Assembly: GCA_017986055.1 (NCBI GenBank)
Contig: JAGNWH010000004.1
Coordinates: 1,356 to 65,355, forward strand
Direction of reading: 5' to 3'
From: Limnohabitans sp.
GTDB taxonomy: Bacteria > Pseudomonadota > Gammaproteobacteria > Burkholderiales > Burkholderiaceae_C
Length of the DNA: 64,000 nucleotides
Shown: positions 38,133-50,276 of the stretch, piece after piece
Layout: each line of letters starts with the position of its first letter
Numbering within the stretch: position 1 is the stretch's first letter
Notes under the pieces: model-generated
Seen by the model: the letters and a program-made list of their open reading frames with translations, nothing else
What the model was told of the DNA's origin: nothing
Databases searched by the model: none
Made by a program: the position numbers and the translations under genes

Positions 38133-38936
38133 TTATTGACTGGAGGCGTGAGACACCCTGGGCCGGCTGACATCGTAACCAAACCAGCGCATCGAAATCG
38201 CTTTGAAGCTTTTGTCATTGACGAGGGTTTGTACACCCAGGGACAAGCGCTGCTCAAGGCCTTTATTGCCTTTTGTAACAGCCATGCCCACACGAAGGGG
38301 CGCCGCAAAAGGAACGCCCACCTTGAGCGGCAAATCGCCCTTTTCTATGTGGTACTCGGCAATCAGGTTTTCTTCGAGTACGGCATCGAGTTTGCGGTCA
38401 ACCAATGCACGAAAAGCATCCTCAATGCGCTCAAAAGTCTGTACTGAATTACCCAGAGCCCCTCGGGCTTGGGCAGCAATGCCGGTGTTGGCCAGCACAC
38501 CCAGTTTCTTGCCCAAAAAATCATCAAGGCTCATCAGATCGCGCTCATCGTTTTCGTGCAGCACACTCACCAATTGAATCGTCGCATAAGACTTTACAAA
38601 ATCAAAATGGCGACGATTTTCTGGTGTAACCAACAGTTGATTTCCAATAAAGTCAATTTCGCCGTTTTGCAGTTTTTTGCGTAAGTTGGTCAAGGTATCG
38701 GTCACTGGCACCATCGCGAGGCCTAATGCACCCAGCAATGACCTGACCACCTCCACATCAAAACCCGTCAAACTGCCATCGGTCTGCAAAAAACTATAGG
38801 GCTGATAGCGGGAAATAAAACCCACGCGCATGCGTGGTTTGTCCTGCGCCGGGGCATTCAACAACATGCCCGAACAAGCCAGCAGCAAGGACTTTTTCAG
38901 CCATTCACGCCTTAGATTGACCGTCCTTTGTGACAT
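38133..38936 (-). CDS. Orphan polar amino acid ABC substrate-binding protein (family 3)
   Basis: YQPYSF...GSLTGFDVEV, LQNGEIDFI, GKKLGV, ISMRWFG; N-terminal LRREWLK twin-arginine-like signal; start uncertain. Confidence 0.8.
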   Translation of the reverse strand: MSQRTVNLRREWLKKSLLLACSGMLLNAPAQDKPRMRVGFISRYQPYSFLQTDGSLTGFDVEVVRSLLGALGLAMVPVTDTLTNLRKKLQNGEIDFIGNQLLVTPENRRHFDFVKSYATIQLVSVLHENDERDLMSLDDFLGKKLGVLANTGIAAQARGALGNSVQTFERIEDAFRALVDRKLDAVLEENLIAEYHIEKGDLPLKVGVPFAAPLRVGMAVTKGNKGLEQRLSLGVQTLVNDKSFKAISMRWFGYDVSRPRVSHASSQ

Positions 38937-38952
38937 TTGAGGCGAACATGAA

Positions 38953-39336
38953 TCAATCATGAAAAGCCCCCTCAAAGCAATGACGGACTTCATGCCCTAC
39001 ATAGTTGTAGCCCGTCACTTCAGGCGTGATGACTGTGCACTCTTTGCGTTTAACGTTCCAGTAAGCACAAGCCATGGGACGTGATGTGGGGCTGATCGGA
39101 ACCCCTGTAATGCGAGAGCAAAATTCATAGCCGTCCTTGCGGACCAACAGTTTTACTTTGGGTTCATTGAGCATGCGCTGCTCGGGCGGTAAAGGCTCAA
39201 AACGCATGCGATCCACCATGGGCGGGCGAAATTTGCGCAACAAAATAGCATCTGGCAGGTCATTGACATCCTGGGTTTGGGCCAGAAGAACAGGCGACAT
39301 CAAAGCCAATAAGCCACCAAAAAGAACCGTGCTCAT
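38953..39336 (-). CDS. Small secreted four-cysteine protein with HExxH motif
   Basis: Signal-peptide-like start MSTVLFGGLLALMSPVLLA; C-terminal C...CAYW...CTVIT...VGHEVRHCF. Confidence 0.7.
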   Translation of the reverse strand: MSTVLFGGLLALMSPVLLAQTQDVNDLPDAILLRKFRPPMVDRMRFEPLPPEQRMLNEPKVKLLVRKDGYEFCSRITGVPISPTSRPMACAYWNVKRKECTVITPEVTGYNYVGHEVRHCFEGAFHD

Positions 39337-39356
39337 CCAACAACCCCGCGAGCAAA

Positions 39357-39689
39357 TCATGCAGGCTCTCCTGCCGTCAAACACAACAAAAATAAACGCC
39401 CTACCTGTGAATGAGTCGTGCGGCCTGTGGTCACAATCGTGCAAGTTGCTGGCGCACGAGTCCAGAAAACGCAGCCTTCTTGCCAGACCGCAAAACCGTC
39501 GTGGTCTTTGATTTGCTCGCAGTGCACAGGGGCATCCGGCTTGATTAGCCAATGAACCTGAGGCTGCAAGATCTGGTGTTTGTCAACTGCTGGCGGGACG
39601 ACAACCGAGAAATCCAACAACAAGTCGCGTGACTGAGCCCACACCAATGAGGATGCAAAACTCAATAGAAAACACGCCAAACGATTCAT
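39357..39689 (-). CDS. Small secreted four-cysteine protein, paralogue of 38953..39336 lacking HExxH
   Basis: Signal peptide ending VWA; C...CVFW...CTIVT...VGRLFLLC aligns with the neighbouring gene. Confidence 0.65.
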   Translation of the reverse strand: MNRLACFLLSFASSLVWAQSRDLLLDFSVVVPPAVDKHQILQPQVHWLIKPDAPVHCEQIKDHDGFAVWQEGCVFWTRAPATCTIVTTGRTTHSQVGRLFLLCLTAGEPA

Positions 39690-39834
39690 GCCCAAGCCAA
39701 ACGGGAAAATGCGTATTTTATTACCAATAAAGTAACGCAAAACCATCACACAACAGTCGCGACAAATGTGTGTGATGCGGTCCTGAACTTGGGCGCAAAC
39801 AGTTGCGCTTTTTAGCCGCTACAGCCTTGAAACG

Positions 39835-41448
39835 TCATTCCCACTCGATCGTCGCCGGTGGTTTCGAGGACACGTCGTAGGTCACTCTGTTAATCCCGCG
39901 GACCTCGTTGATGATGCGACCCGACACCTTCTTGAGCAAGGCATAAGGCAGTTCGGCCCAATCAGCGGTCATGAAGTCGCTGGTTTGCACTGCACGCAAT
40001 GCCACTACGTAGTCATAAGTGCGGCCATCGCCCATCACGCCCACGCTTTTCACGGGCAGGAACACAGTGAAGGCTTGGCTGGTCAAGTCGTACCAGCTCT
40101 TGCCGGATTCGTCCGTGAAGTTGCGCAGCTCTTCAATGAAGATGGCGTCGGCACGGCGCAGCAGGTCGGCGTATTCTTTCTTTACTTCGCCCAAAATCCG
40201 CACGCCCAAGCCAGGGCCTGGAAACGGGTGGCGATAGACCATTTCGCGCGGCAGACCCAAGGCCACGCCGAGTTCACGCACTTCGTCTTTGAACAACTCG
40301 CGCAGCGGCTCCAGCAGTTTCAGGCCCAGTTGCTCGGGCAAACCGCCCACGTTGTGGTGGCTCTTGATGGTGACGGCCTTCTTGCTCTTGGCACCGCCGG
40401 ACTCGATCACGTCGGGGTAAATCGTGCCTTGGGCGAGGAACGTCGCGCCCTTGTGACCACCATCGCCTGCCTTCAATTTCGCAGCCTGCTCTTTGAACAC
40501 ATCGACAAACAGGCCGCCAATGATCTTGCGCTTGGCTTCAGGTTCGCTCACACCCGTCAGTTTGCCCAAGAACAGGTCACTGGCATCGACGCGAATGACG
40601 TGCGCGTGCAATTTGCCGACAAACATGTCCATGACCATGTCGCCTTCGTTCAGGCGCAGCAAGCCGTGGTCCACAAACACACAGGTCAACTTGTCGCCGA
40701 TGGCGCGGTGGATCAAAGCGGCAGCAACGGATGAATCCACACCACCGGACAAGCCGAGGATGACTTCTTCGTCACCGACTTGCTCGCGGATCTTGGCAAC
40801 TGCTTCTTCGATGTAGTCGCCCATGATCCAGTCTTGGCGGGCCTTGCAAATGTCGAGCACAAAGCGGTTGAGCAGCGCCTGCCCTTGAACGGTGTGCGTG
40901 ACTTCGGGGTGGAACTGCACCGCGTAAAAGTGGCGGGACTCATCGGCCATGCCGGCAATCGGGCAAGCCGGTGTCGAGGCCATGACCTTGAAGCCTTCAG
41001 GCAATTGGGTGACTTTGTCACCGTGGCTCATCCAGACCTTGAGCATGCCGTGACCTTCAGCCGTGGTGAAGTCTTCAATGCCCTTGAGCAATTCGGTGTG
41101 GCCGTGGGCGCGAACTTCGGCGTAGCCAAATTCGCGGGTGTGCCCAGCTTCGACCTTGCCACCCAACTGCTCGGCCATGGTTTGCATGCCGTAGCAAATG
41201 CCCAGCACCGGGATGCCCAGTTCAAACACGGCATCAGGAGCGCGGTCATCGACTTCGTAGACGCTGGCGTGCGAGCCCGACAGGATCACGCCTTTGAGGT
41301 TGCCGTCTTTGGCATATTCACGCACCCAGTCGCTGCTCACATCGCAGGGATGCACTTCGCAAAACACATGCGCTTCACGCACGCGGCGGGCGATCAGCTG
41401 GGTGACTTGCGAACCGAAGTCGAGGATCAGGATTTTGGAGTGCTGCAT
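39835..41448 (-). CDS. guaA: GMP synthase (glutamine-hydrolysing)
   Basis: [45 protein letters not shown]. Confidence 0.98.
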   Translation of the reverse strand: MQHSKILILDFGSQVTQLIARRVREAHVFCEVHPCDVSSDWVREYAKDGNLKGVILSGSHASVYEVDDRAPDAVFELGIPVLGICYGMQTMAEQLGGKVEAGHTREFGYAEVRAHGHTELLKGIEDFTTAEGHGMLKVWMSHGDKVTQLPEGFKVMASTPACPIAGMADESRHFYAVQFHPEVTHTVQGQALLNRFVLDICKARQDWIMGDYIEEAVAKIREQVGDEEVILGLSGGVDSSVAAALIHRAIGDKLTCVFVDHGLLRLNEGDMVMDMFVGKLHAHVIRVDASDLFLGKLTGVSEPEAKRKIIGGLFVDVFKEQAAKLKAGDGGHKGATFLAQGTIYPDVIESGGAKSKKAVTIKSHHNVGGLPEQLGLKLLEPLRELFKDEVRELGVALGLPREMVYRHPFPGPGLGVRILGEVKKEYADLLRRADAIFIEELRNFTDESGKSWYDLTSQAFTVFLPVKSVGVMGDGRTYDYVVALRAVQTSDFMTADWAELPYALLKKVSGRIINEVRGINRVTYDVSSKPPATIEWE

Positions 41449-41518
41449 GGCAGGCGTCGTTCTTTGAGAAATGAAAAGGCGTCTGGAGTGCAGACGCCTT
41501 GGTGGTCAGAGACAGATT

Positions 41519-42991
<1,473 letters not shown>

Positions 42992-43084
42992 CTAAGGCTC
43001 CAAAAAATGGATTGTACCCGCGCAGACCAAGGGATTTCCCGTGCCAACCCCCTCAAATGGGCGCATGCAAAACGCAAAAAAGGA

Positions 43085-43993
43085 TCAGGCGTTTTGGTAA
43101 TGCAGCACTTTGAGGGATTTTTCAGGGTCGATGTCGACGAAAGCCACCGGATTGGCCAGCCGCTCGACAAAACGCAAGGCAGGTGCGGCCTCGGCCACTT
43201 GGCTGTGCAAAAACCGCGTATCCAACTCGGGTGCATTCAGGCACAGCAGCACATGGCCTTGTGGCTCCAGCAAATCGGGCAAGCGCCGGATCAGCTTGAT
43301 GTAGTCTTTGGTGGCGATGAAGCTGCCTTTTTGGTAGCTCGGGGGGTCGATCACGATCACACCATAAGGCCCCATCTTGCTGATCTTGCCCCAGGTTTTG
43401 AAGACGTCATGCCCCAAAAACCGGGCCTTGGCAGGCAACTCATTCAGGCGGTGGTTTTGCTGCCCCACCGCCAGCGCAGCTTGGCTCATGTCCAGGTTGA
43501 CGACTTGGGCCGCCCCACCTTGCAACGCCGCCACCGAAAACGCGCAGGTGTAGGCAAACAGGTTGAGCACGTTTTCATGCTTCGAATGGTTTTTAAGCCA
43601 CTCGCGGCCATGGGCCATGTCCAGAAAGAGGCCGTGGTTCTGCCCGCGCATCACATGCACCAGGTAACGGGCACCCTGCTCTGTCACCACATGCACCTCG
43701 GGCACGCTGCCAGCCATGAGGCGGGTTTCAGTTTGACCTGTGGCACGGCACTGAAAAACCCAGTTGAGTGGTTCACCCGGCGCCAATGTGTCCCAGCGGG
43801 CTTGCAACGCACTTTGGCACTGGGCCAATTCATCATCGGTCGCAGGCTTGAAGCTGGTCAGCACCCACACGGGTGCAAACCAGTCCAGCGCCCAATGTTC
43901 GCAACCGGGGTACATGCCCCCGCGACCATGAAACACCCGGTGCGCATCGGCGGTGTTGTGCATCTGAGAGATGGCGTTCAAAAGGGCTTGCAT
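43085..43993 (-). CDS. Class I SAM-dependent methyltransferase (RlmI-like, no PUA domain)
   Basis: RVFHGRG, NHGLFLDM, VLNLFAYTCAFSV, IDPPSYQKGSF. Confidence 0.85.
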   Translation of the reverse strand: MQALLNAISQMHNTADAHRVFHGRGGMYPGCEHWALDWFAPVWVLTSFKPATDDELAQCQSALQARWDTLAPGEPLNWVFQCRATGQTETRLMAGSVPEVHVVTEQGARYLVHVMRGQNHGLFLDMAHGREWLKNHSKHENVLNLFAYTCAFSVAALQGGAAQVVNLDMSQAALAVGQQNHRLNELPAKARFLGHDVFKTWGKISKMGPYGVIVIDPPSYQKGSFIATKDYIKLIRRLPDLLEPQGHVLLCLNAPELDTRFLHSQVAEAAPALRFVERLANPVAFVDIDPEKSLKVLHYQNA

Positions 43994-44001
43994 GGTGAGT
44001 T

Positions 44002-44370
44002 TCAATAACCGGCGGCCGAGCCGCTTTTGCGATTGGCAAACAGGCCAGTGCGCCCCTTACCCTGGCGTTTGAAGCGCTGGCGGCGCGCGACCTTGGGGTC
44101 GACTTTGAGGGGGCGGTACAGCTCGATGCGATCGTCGGTTTTCACAACTTCCGTCCAAGACACTTTTTTGCCCCAGATGCCGGGCTGCTGAAACTTGAGA
44201 GAGGACAGGGTCGCGGCATCGGCTGAACCCTGACTTTGCAGCCACTGGGCCACGCACAGATCCAGCACAGCCTCAACAGTGCTGCCCACGGGCACCGGCA
44301 GGATGATTTCCTGCACATGCCGAGGCGCCAGACTCCAGCAAAGCGTGACCTGAATTGTCGGCTCAGCCAT
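44002..44370 (-). CDS. ratB: RnfH/RatB ubiquitin-like protein
   Basis: GIWGK...DDRIELYRPLKVDPK.ARRQR; overlaps the ratA stop; start trimmed to MAEPTI. Confidence 0.88.
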   Translation of the reverse strand: MAEPTIQVTLCWSLAPRHVQEIILPVPVGSTVEAVLDLCVAQWLQSQGSADAATLSSLKFQQPGIWGKKVSWTEVVKTDDRIELYRPLKVDPKVARRQRFKRQGKGRTGLFANRKSGSAAGY

Positions 44371-44803
44371 AGACGGCTTCGGCGCGTTTGACAAACGCAT
44401 CGACCAGGCTAGCTGCAATCTTGTCAAACACAGGGCCCACCAGTGCAGCCAAGGTCTTGCTGGAAAAACCGTATTGCAAGTCCAACTCGACCTTGCAGGC
44501 CCGCTGCGTGCCATCGCCTACAGGGCTAAACCGCCACATGCCGCTCAGATTGGAGAACGGGCCTTTGACCAGGCTCATCCCAACCGAGCGCCCTTCTTCG
44601 TGCGTGTTGCGGGTGGTAAAGGTTTGTTGGATGCCGGCCAGGCTGATGCCCACTTCGGCCACCATGCCTTGCGCGTCGGTCTCCAGCACGCTGGCGTGGT
44701 CACACCAAGGCAAAAACTCGGGGTAACGGGCCACGTCGGTGACGAGGTGAAACATTTCCTCTGGGGCATACCAGATGAGGACGGACTTGTGGATATTCTT
44801 CAT
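44363..44803 (-). CDS. ratA: RatA/PasT (Coq10-like START domain)
   Basis: [38 protein letters not shown]; divergent from smpB. Confidence 0.92.
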   Translation of the reverse strand: MKNIHKSVLIWYAPEEMFHLVTDVARYPEFLPWCDHASVLETDAQGMVAEVGISLAGIQQTFTTRNTHEEGRSVGMSLVKGPFSNLSGMWRFSPVGDGTQRACKVELDLQYGFSSKTLAALVGPVFDKIAASLVDAFVKRAEAVYG

Positions 44804-44897
44804 ACAATGCACCGATTGTAGTTTTTCGATCTGCCTGTTCGCTTATCGCCGGGCTGCACACTCTTGCGAACGGCCAGCCCGTCCTTATCTGCTCACC

Positions 44898-45392
44898 ATG
44901 GCCACCACCAAAAAGTCTCCCGCTGCCCCCGTTTTTGCCAAGATTGCCGAGAACAAAAAAGCGTCCTTCGACTATTTTTTCGAAGAACGCTACGAGGCAG
45001 GCATGGTGCTGGAGGGTTGGGAAGTCAAGGCCATCCGCGAAGGCAAAGTGCAACTGACCGACGGCTATGTGGTCATTCGCAACGGCGAACTGTTCATCAT
45101 CGGCTGCTTGATCAACCCGCTCAAAACCGCCTCAACCCACATCAGCCCCGAAGCCGCCCGCACGCGCAAACTGCTGCTGAACAAGGAAGAGATCAAGCGA
45201 CTGATCGGCAAGATCGAACAAAAGGGCTACACCCTGGTGCCGATCAATCTGCACTGGAAGTCGGGCAAAGTGAAGTGCGACATCGCTCTGGCCAAGGGCA
45301 AGGCTGAGCACGACAAACGCGACACCATCAAGGACCGCGAAGGCAAACGCGAAGTCGAACGTGCCATGAAGAGCCGACACCGCGACCGCTGA
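44898..45392 (+). CDS. smpB: SsrA-binding protein
   Basis: [33 protein letters not shown]; start trimmed to MATTKK. Confidence 0.97.
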   Translation: MATTKKSPAAPVFAKIAENKKASFDYFFEERYEAGMVLEGWEVKAIREGKVQLTDGYVVIRNGELFIIGCLINPLKTASTHISPEAARTRKLLLNKEEIKRLIGKIEQKGYTLVPINLHWKSGKVKCDIALAKGKAEHDKRDTIKDREGKREVERAMKSRHRDR

Positions 45393-45416
45393 GCGTCAGC
45401 TCTCAGGGTTCGGTTG

Positions 45417-45486
45417 GCAGGTCGGCGGCTTCAGACCCGACACAACGGACTCACAAGACAAGTCGGGGCTAAAGCCGCCGACCTAC
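45417..45486. repeat. Inverted REP doublet (GTAG-type, REPIN-like)
   Basis: GCAGGTCGGCGGCTTCAGACCCGAC (+) and GTAGGTCGGCGGCTTTAGCCCCGAC (-) facing each other across about 20 nt, between convergent genes. Confidence 0.65.
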
Positions 45487-45489
45487 TCG

Positions 45490-46572
45490 TCACGCCAAAT
45501 CGCGCAAGGGGTGGTGATCCGAAGGCCAGGGACTCGCAAAGAAACGTGCAGCTTCGGCCGCATCCACCTCTTCGACACGCGCAGGCTTCCAGTTCGGGCT
45601 GTGGTCCTTGTCGACTGCCAGCGCCCTAATGCCTTCCACGGTGTCACTGTCGCCGACGGCGCGCAGGTGGAAACAATGGTGCACCATGTCGCGCTCCATG
45701 CGCAGGTCGTCGGCCAAACTCATTTGGCGGGCTAGGCGGATTTGCTCCAGCACCACATGCAGCATCAAGGGCGAACGGTGGCGCAAGGCGTGGGCCGTTT
45801 TCTGGCTCCACTCGTCAGAGGCAGATTCCAGCTTTTGCAACATCTGCGCAATGCTGGGCAAACCAAACACTTCGTCTATTTGGGGTTGAGGGGTCAGCTT
45901 TTCTGGCGTCATGGCGCCGGCTTGGGCCAACACCCAACGCTCCACTGACTCCGCGTTTTCAAAGGGGCTGCTGATCAAAGTTTGCCAGATCGGTTCCAGC
46001 ATGCCACTGGGCAGCGCGATGTCAGCCAGCTTGGCAGCAACCGCCTGCGTACCCCCCAACATGTGGCCCGTGAGCCCCAGGTATTCGCCCAAACGTCCCG
46101 GGCAACGGCTCAGAAAATAGCCACCGCCCACATCCGGAAACAGGCCTATGTGGGTTTCAGGCATGGCCATCTTGGTGCGCTCGGTCACCACGCGCACGCT
46201 GGCGCCTTGGCTGATGCCCATGCCACCGCCCATGACAATGCCGTCCATGAAAGCGATGTAAGGCTTGCTGTAGGTGTGAATCAAGTGATTAAGGCGGTAC
46301 TCTTCTGTGAAAAAGTCGCCCAAAGAAGCATCGCCAGCGTGTGCTGCTTGGTGGAAATATCGAATATCACCACCTGCACAAAAAGCGCCAAAGGGGCCTT
46401 CTTTGCCCGTGCCGCGCACCGCGACAGCCAGCACTTGCGGGTCACTCTGCCAGGTCAACAGCGCTTGGGTCAAGGCGCGAACCATCTCCAGCGACAAAGC
46501 GTTGAGTGCCTTGGGTCGGTTCAGGGTGATGCAGCCGATACGGCCTTCAATTTGCGCGATGACATCAGACAT
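45490..46572 (-). CDS. Enoyl-CoA hydratase/isomerase family, 3-hydroxyisobutyryl-CoA hydrolase-like
   Basis: LNRPKALNAL, FCAGGDI, FFTEEY, GIVMGGGMG, MPETHIGLFPDVG, EGIRALAVDKD. Confidence 0.92.
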   Translation of the reverse strand: MSDVIAQIEGRIGCITLNRPKALNALSLEMVRALTQALLTWQSDPQVLAVAVRGTGKEGPFGAFCAGGDIRYFHQAAHAGDASLGDFFTEEYRLNHLIHTYSKPYIAFMDGIVMGGGMGISQGASVRVVTERTKMAMPETHIGLFPDVGGGYFLSRCPGRLGEYLGLTGHMLGGTQAVAAKLADIALPSGMLEPIWQTLISSPFENAESVERWVLAQAGAMTPEKLTPQPQIDEVFGLPSIAQMLQKLESASDEWSQKTAHALRHRSPLMLHVVLEQIRLARQMSLADDLRMERDMVHHCFHLRAVGDSDTVEGIRALAVDKDHSPNWKPARVEEVDAAEAARFFASPWPSDHHPLRDLA

Positions 46573-47449
46573 TGTTTTGTCTCCAGCCTAACCATTCATT
46601 GAGAAGCAAGGCACCCAAAACCAGGGCACCTCCCAAGAGCACACTCAACTGGGGTGCCTCATTGGCGCCCCACCAAGCCAGTGCGATGCCAAAAACGATT
46701 TCGAGCAAGGCCAGCAAAGCCACTTCCGGCGCTTTGAGCACGCGGGCACAAACCACCGACAAAGCGCAAGGGATAGCCAGCTGGAACAAACCCAGAATGG
46801 CCAACAAACCCACATCATGCGCCGAAGCCTGAAACGGCATGGACAAAGGCAGGGTCAGCAATGAGGAAAGGAGTGCGCCCAACAAGACAGAAGGTACGAG
46901 GTCCAGATTCTGCCCCTCGCTCTGGCTCTTTTGCACCAGCGTCCACTGCACCGAACCCGCGATGGGCACACACAGAGCCACCATGGAGCCGATCAAGAAA
47001 TTCGGATCACCCAAGCTGAGTTGTGAGCCATACATCCAACCGATTCCAATGCCGGCCAGAACAATGGCCAGCCAGGTTCGTGCGGGCAAACGATGTCCCA
47101 AAAACACCCGTGTGATCAGCGCAGTGAGCAAAGGCCCTACCGCCATGGTGATCAGCACGTTGGCCACCGCCGTCAAGGTGAGTGCCACCATGAACGCTGT
47201 GAACATGACACTCCAGCACAAACCAGAGAACCAAAAGTAACGGCTGCGCAAAGGCAGCCGTGTCCAGACACTTCGGCCCTGCCATAAGGGCAGGATGACC
47301 AGCAATGAAACGACAGTGAAGAAGCTCCGCCAGAAGGTAACTTCAAAGCTGCGGGCTTGCTCCAGGTGCCTTGTCACCACGCCGGCCATGGACCACAGGG
47401 CGGTCACGCCCACCATGGTCCAAACGGCCAAACCGTGCGTCAAACGCAT
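46565..47449 (-). CDS. DMT/EamA family transporter
   Basis: About 10 TM helices in two EamA repeats; LWS.AG, TFWRS. Confidence 0.88.
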   Translation of the reverse strand: MRLTHGLAVWTMVGVTALWSMAGVVTRHLEQARSFEVTFWRSFFTVVSLLVILPLWQGRSVWTRLPLRSRYFWFSGLCWSVMFTAFMVALTLTAVANVLITMAVGPLLTALITRVFLGHRLPARTWLAIVLAGIGIGWMYGSQLSLGDPNFLIGSMVALCVPIAGSVQWTLVQKSQSEGQNLDLVPSVLLGALLSSLLTLPLSMPFQASAHDVGLLAILGLFQLAIPCALSVVCARVLKAPEVALLALLEIVFGIALAWWGANEAPQLSVLLGGALVLGALLLNEWLGWRQNNV

Positions 47450-47462
47450 GATCGTCAGCCGA

Positions 47463-49280
47463 TCACTTGTTGCGCTTGCGGTCGCTTTCCTTCAGGAAAC
47501 GCTTGCGCAGACGCACGCTCTTGGGCGTGATTTCGACCAATTCGTCGTCCTCGATGAACTCGACGCCGTATTCCAGAGTCAGGTCAATGGGGGGCGTGAT
47601 CTTGATCGCGTCTTCTTTGCCGGACACACGGAAGTTGGTCAGCTGCTTGGTGCGTGTAGCGTTGACGACCAAGTCGTTGTCACGGCTGTGGATACCCACA
47701 ATCATGCCTTCGTACACCGGATCGTTCGCCTTGACGAACATGCGACCCCGGTCGTCCAGCTTGCCCAGGGCGTAGGTGAAAATTTCACCGTCGTCCATAG
47801 AGATCAACACACCGTTCTTACGGCCACCGATATCACCCTTGTGGGCTTCGTAGCTGTCGAAGATGTTGGAGATCAGGCCGGAACCACGGGTCAAGTTCAG
47901 GAATTCGTTGGTGAAACCAATCAGGCCACGTGCTGGAATGCGGTATTCCAGACGGACACGACCACGGCCATCGGGTTCCATGTTGACCAACTCGCCCTTG
48001 CGCTCGCCCAAAGCTTGCATCACGCCGCCCTGGTGTGTTTCTTCGATGTCGGCAGTCACCAACTCGATAGGCTCATGACGCTCGCCGTTGACATCACGGA
48101 ACACCACGCGTGGCTTGGAGACAGCCATTTCGTAGCCTTCGCGGCGCATGTTTTCGAGCAAGATGGTCAGGTGCAATTCACCACGGCCCATGACTTCAAA
48201 GATACCTTCTTCGTCGGTTTCTTTGACGCGCAATGCAACGTTGTGTTGCAACTCTTTTTGCAGGCGGTCCCAGATTTGACGGCTGGTGACGAACTTGCCT
48301 TCACGGCCCGCCAAGGGGCTGGTGTTGACGCAGAAGTTCATGGTCAGTGTGGGCTCGTCCACCTTCAGCATCGGCAGCGGTGCAGGATTGGCTGAGTCGG
48401 TCACGGTCACGCCGATGTTCAGTTCGGCAATGCCGTTGATCAACACGATGTCGCCAGGACCGGCTTCGGTCACTTGCACACGGTCAAGACCTTGGAACTT
48501 CAGCACTTGGTTGACGCGGCCTTTGATGGCTTTGCCGTCCGGGCCTTCCATGACGACCACGTCCATTTGTGGCTTGATGGTGCCTTGGCTGATGCGGCCC
48601 ACACCGATGCGACCGACAAAAGTCGAGAAGTCGAGCGCGGAAATTTGCAATTGCAAAGGTGCCGCTGGATCGCCTTTTTGTGCTGGCACATGCTTGAGCA
48701 CGGTGTTGAACAGGGCCGACATGTCGGGGCCCCACTGCTCGCCAGGAGCGCCTTCTTCGAGCGATGTCCAGCCGTTGATACCCGAGGCATACACCACGGG
48801 GAAGTCCAGCTGTTCGTCGTTCGCACCGAGTTTGTCAAACAAGTCAAAAGCGGCATTAACCACTTTGTCCGGGTTTGCACCGGGCTTGTCGACCTTGTTC
48901 ACCACAACGATTGGCTTGAGACCCAGGGCCAAGGCCTTCTTGGTCACAAAACGGGTTTGTGGCATAGGGCCTTCTTGCGCATCGATCAACAAGACAACGC
49001 CGTCGACCATGGACAAGGCGCGCTCGACTTCACCACCGAAGTCGGCGTGACCGGGGGTGTCGACGATGTTGATGTGGGTGCCTTCCCAGCTCACGGCGCA
49101 GTTTTTGGCCAAAATGGTGATGCCGCGCTCACGTTCAATGGCGTTGTTGTCCATCACGGTGTCCACGATTTTTTCGTGGTCAGCGAATGTGCCCGATTGG
49201 CGCAGCAGCTGGTCAACCATGGTGGTTTTGCCATGGTCAACGTGAGCGATGATGGCGATGTTGCGGATTTGCTTGGTCAT
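47463..49280 (-). CDS. typA: Translational GTPase TypA/BipA
   Basis: [51 protein letters not shown]. Confidence 0.98.
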   Translation of the reverse strand: MTKQIRNIAIIAHVDHGKTTMVDQLLRQSGTFADHEKIVDTVMDNNAIERERGITILAKNCAVSWEGTHINIVDTPGHADFGGEVERALSMVDGVVLLIDAQEGPMPQTRFVTKKALALGLKPIVVVNKVDKPGANPDKVVNAAFDLFDKLGANDEQLDFPVVYASGINGWTSLEEGAPGEQWGPDMSALFNTVLKHVPAQKGDPAAPLQLQISALDFSTFVGRIGVGRISQGTIKPQMDVVVMEGPDGKAIKGRVNQVLKFQGLDRVQVTEAGPGDIVLINGIAELNIGVTVTDSANPAPLPMLKVDEPTLTMNFCVNTSPLAGREGKFVTSRQIWDRLQKELQHNVALRVKETDEEGIFEVMGRGELHLTILLENMRREGYEMAVSKPRVVFRDVNGERHEPIELVTADIEETHQGGVMQALGERKGELVNMEPDGRGRVRLEYRIPARGLIGFTNEFLNLTRGSGLISNIFDSYEAHKGDIGGRKNGVLISMDDGEIFTYALGKLDDRGRMFVKANDPVYEGMIVGIHSRDNDLVVNATRTKQLTNFRVSGKEDAIKITPPIDLTLEYGVEFIEDDELVEITPKSVRLRKRFLKESDRKRNK

Positions 49281-49293
49281 GCTTTCTCTTCCT

Positions 49294-50274
49294 TTAAACC
49301 TGCTCGGCCAGCAACGGCTCGGTGGCAGGTGATTTTTCCAAAATCTGTTGAATTTCGATCGGGCTCAACAATCGACCCGGAACCAATTCGCCGCCATGCA
49401 CAACAGCTGTTCCCAGCAAGGCACGAGGATGTTCTCCATACACCACGACTTGATCACAATCAACCCAAGGGCCGCGTCTGCGCACCCCATTCAAAAAACG
49501 ACCAGTGCTGTCGCTGTCCAGGCTCACTTCTGTGTAGCCTGGCAACAAAACATCCACTGGCAGCAAAGCACCCAGGCGCTTGGCTTCATCCATCGCTTCC
49601 AGATCCTGCAGCGTCACGCACTGTGATGCCACAAAAGGACCGGTGACCACACGGCGCAATGCGCTCAAGTGGCCGCCACAACCCAAGGCCTCGGCGATGT
49701 CTTCGCCCAGAGTCCTGATGTAAGTGCCTTTGCTGCAACGCACACGCAAGCGCAAAAAAGGCACATCGCCTTGCAGTTGCATGTCCAGCAAATCCAGATC
49801 ATGTATCACCACGTTGCGCGCTTCGCGCTCAACGGTTTCGCCCTTGCGGGCATATTCGTACAAGGCCTTGCCGTCCTTTTTCAAGGCACTGTGCATCGGC
49901 GGAACTTGGCTGATCGGTCCCATGAACCGGTCCAGCACCTCCACCACTTGGCCTGGGGTGCAACGCACCTCACGCACTTCAATCACGTCACCCTCAGCGT
50001 CGGCTGTGCTGGTTTTCAGCCCCAGACGCACTGTGGTCTCGTAAGTCTTGTCTGCATCCAGATGCTGCTGACTGAATTTGGTTGCCGCACCAAAACACAA
50101 GGGCAACACACCACTGGCCAACGGGTCCAGCGTCCCCGTGTGCCCTGCTTTCTCGGCCCGCAGCAACCACTTGGCTTTTTGCAAAGCCTGGTTGCTGGAA
50201 AGACCCAGCGGTTTATCAAGCAACAGCACCCCGTGCACAGGGCGCCGCTGCACCCTGGTGCGTGGCGCGTTCAT
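49294..50274 (-). CDS. truB: tRNA pseudouridine(55) synthase
   Basis: LDKPLG, GHTGTLDPLASG, CSKGTYIRTL. Confidence 0.97.
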   Translation of the reverse strand: MNAPRTRVQRRPVHGVLLLDKPLGLSSNQALQKAKWLLRAEKAGHTGTLDPLASGVLPLCFGAATKFSQQHLDADKTYETTVRLGLKTSTADAEGDVIEVREVRCTPGQVVEVLDRFMGPISQVPPMHSALKKDGKALYEYARKGETVEREARNVVIHDLDLLDMQLQGDVPFLRLRVRCSKGTYIRTLGEDIAEALGCGGHLSALRRVVTGPFVASQCVTLQDLEAMDEAKRLGALLPVDVLLPGYTEVSLDSDSTGRFLNGVRRRGPWVDCDQVVVYGEHPRALLGTAVVHGGELVPGRLLSPIEIQQILEKSPATEPLLAEQV

Positions 50275-50276
50275 GC

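Noticed and set aside
45393-45489. Possible tmRNA (ssrA) next to smpB
   Set aside because: Only 97 nt available, no tRNA-like ends or tag reading frame; explained by the REP doublet.
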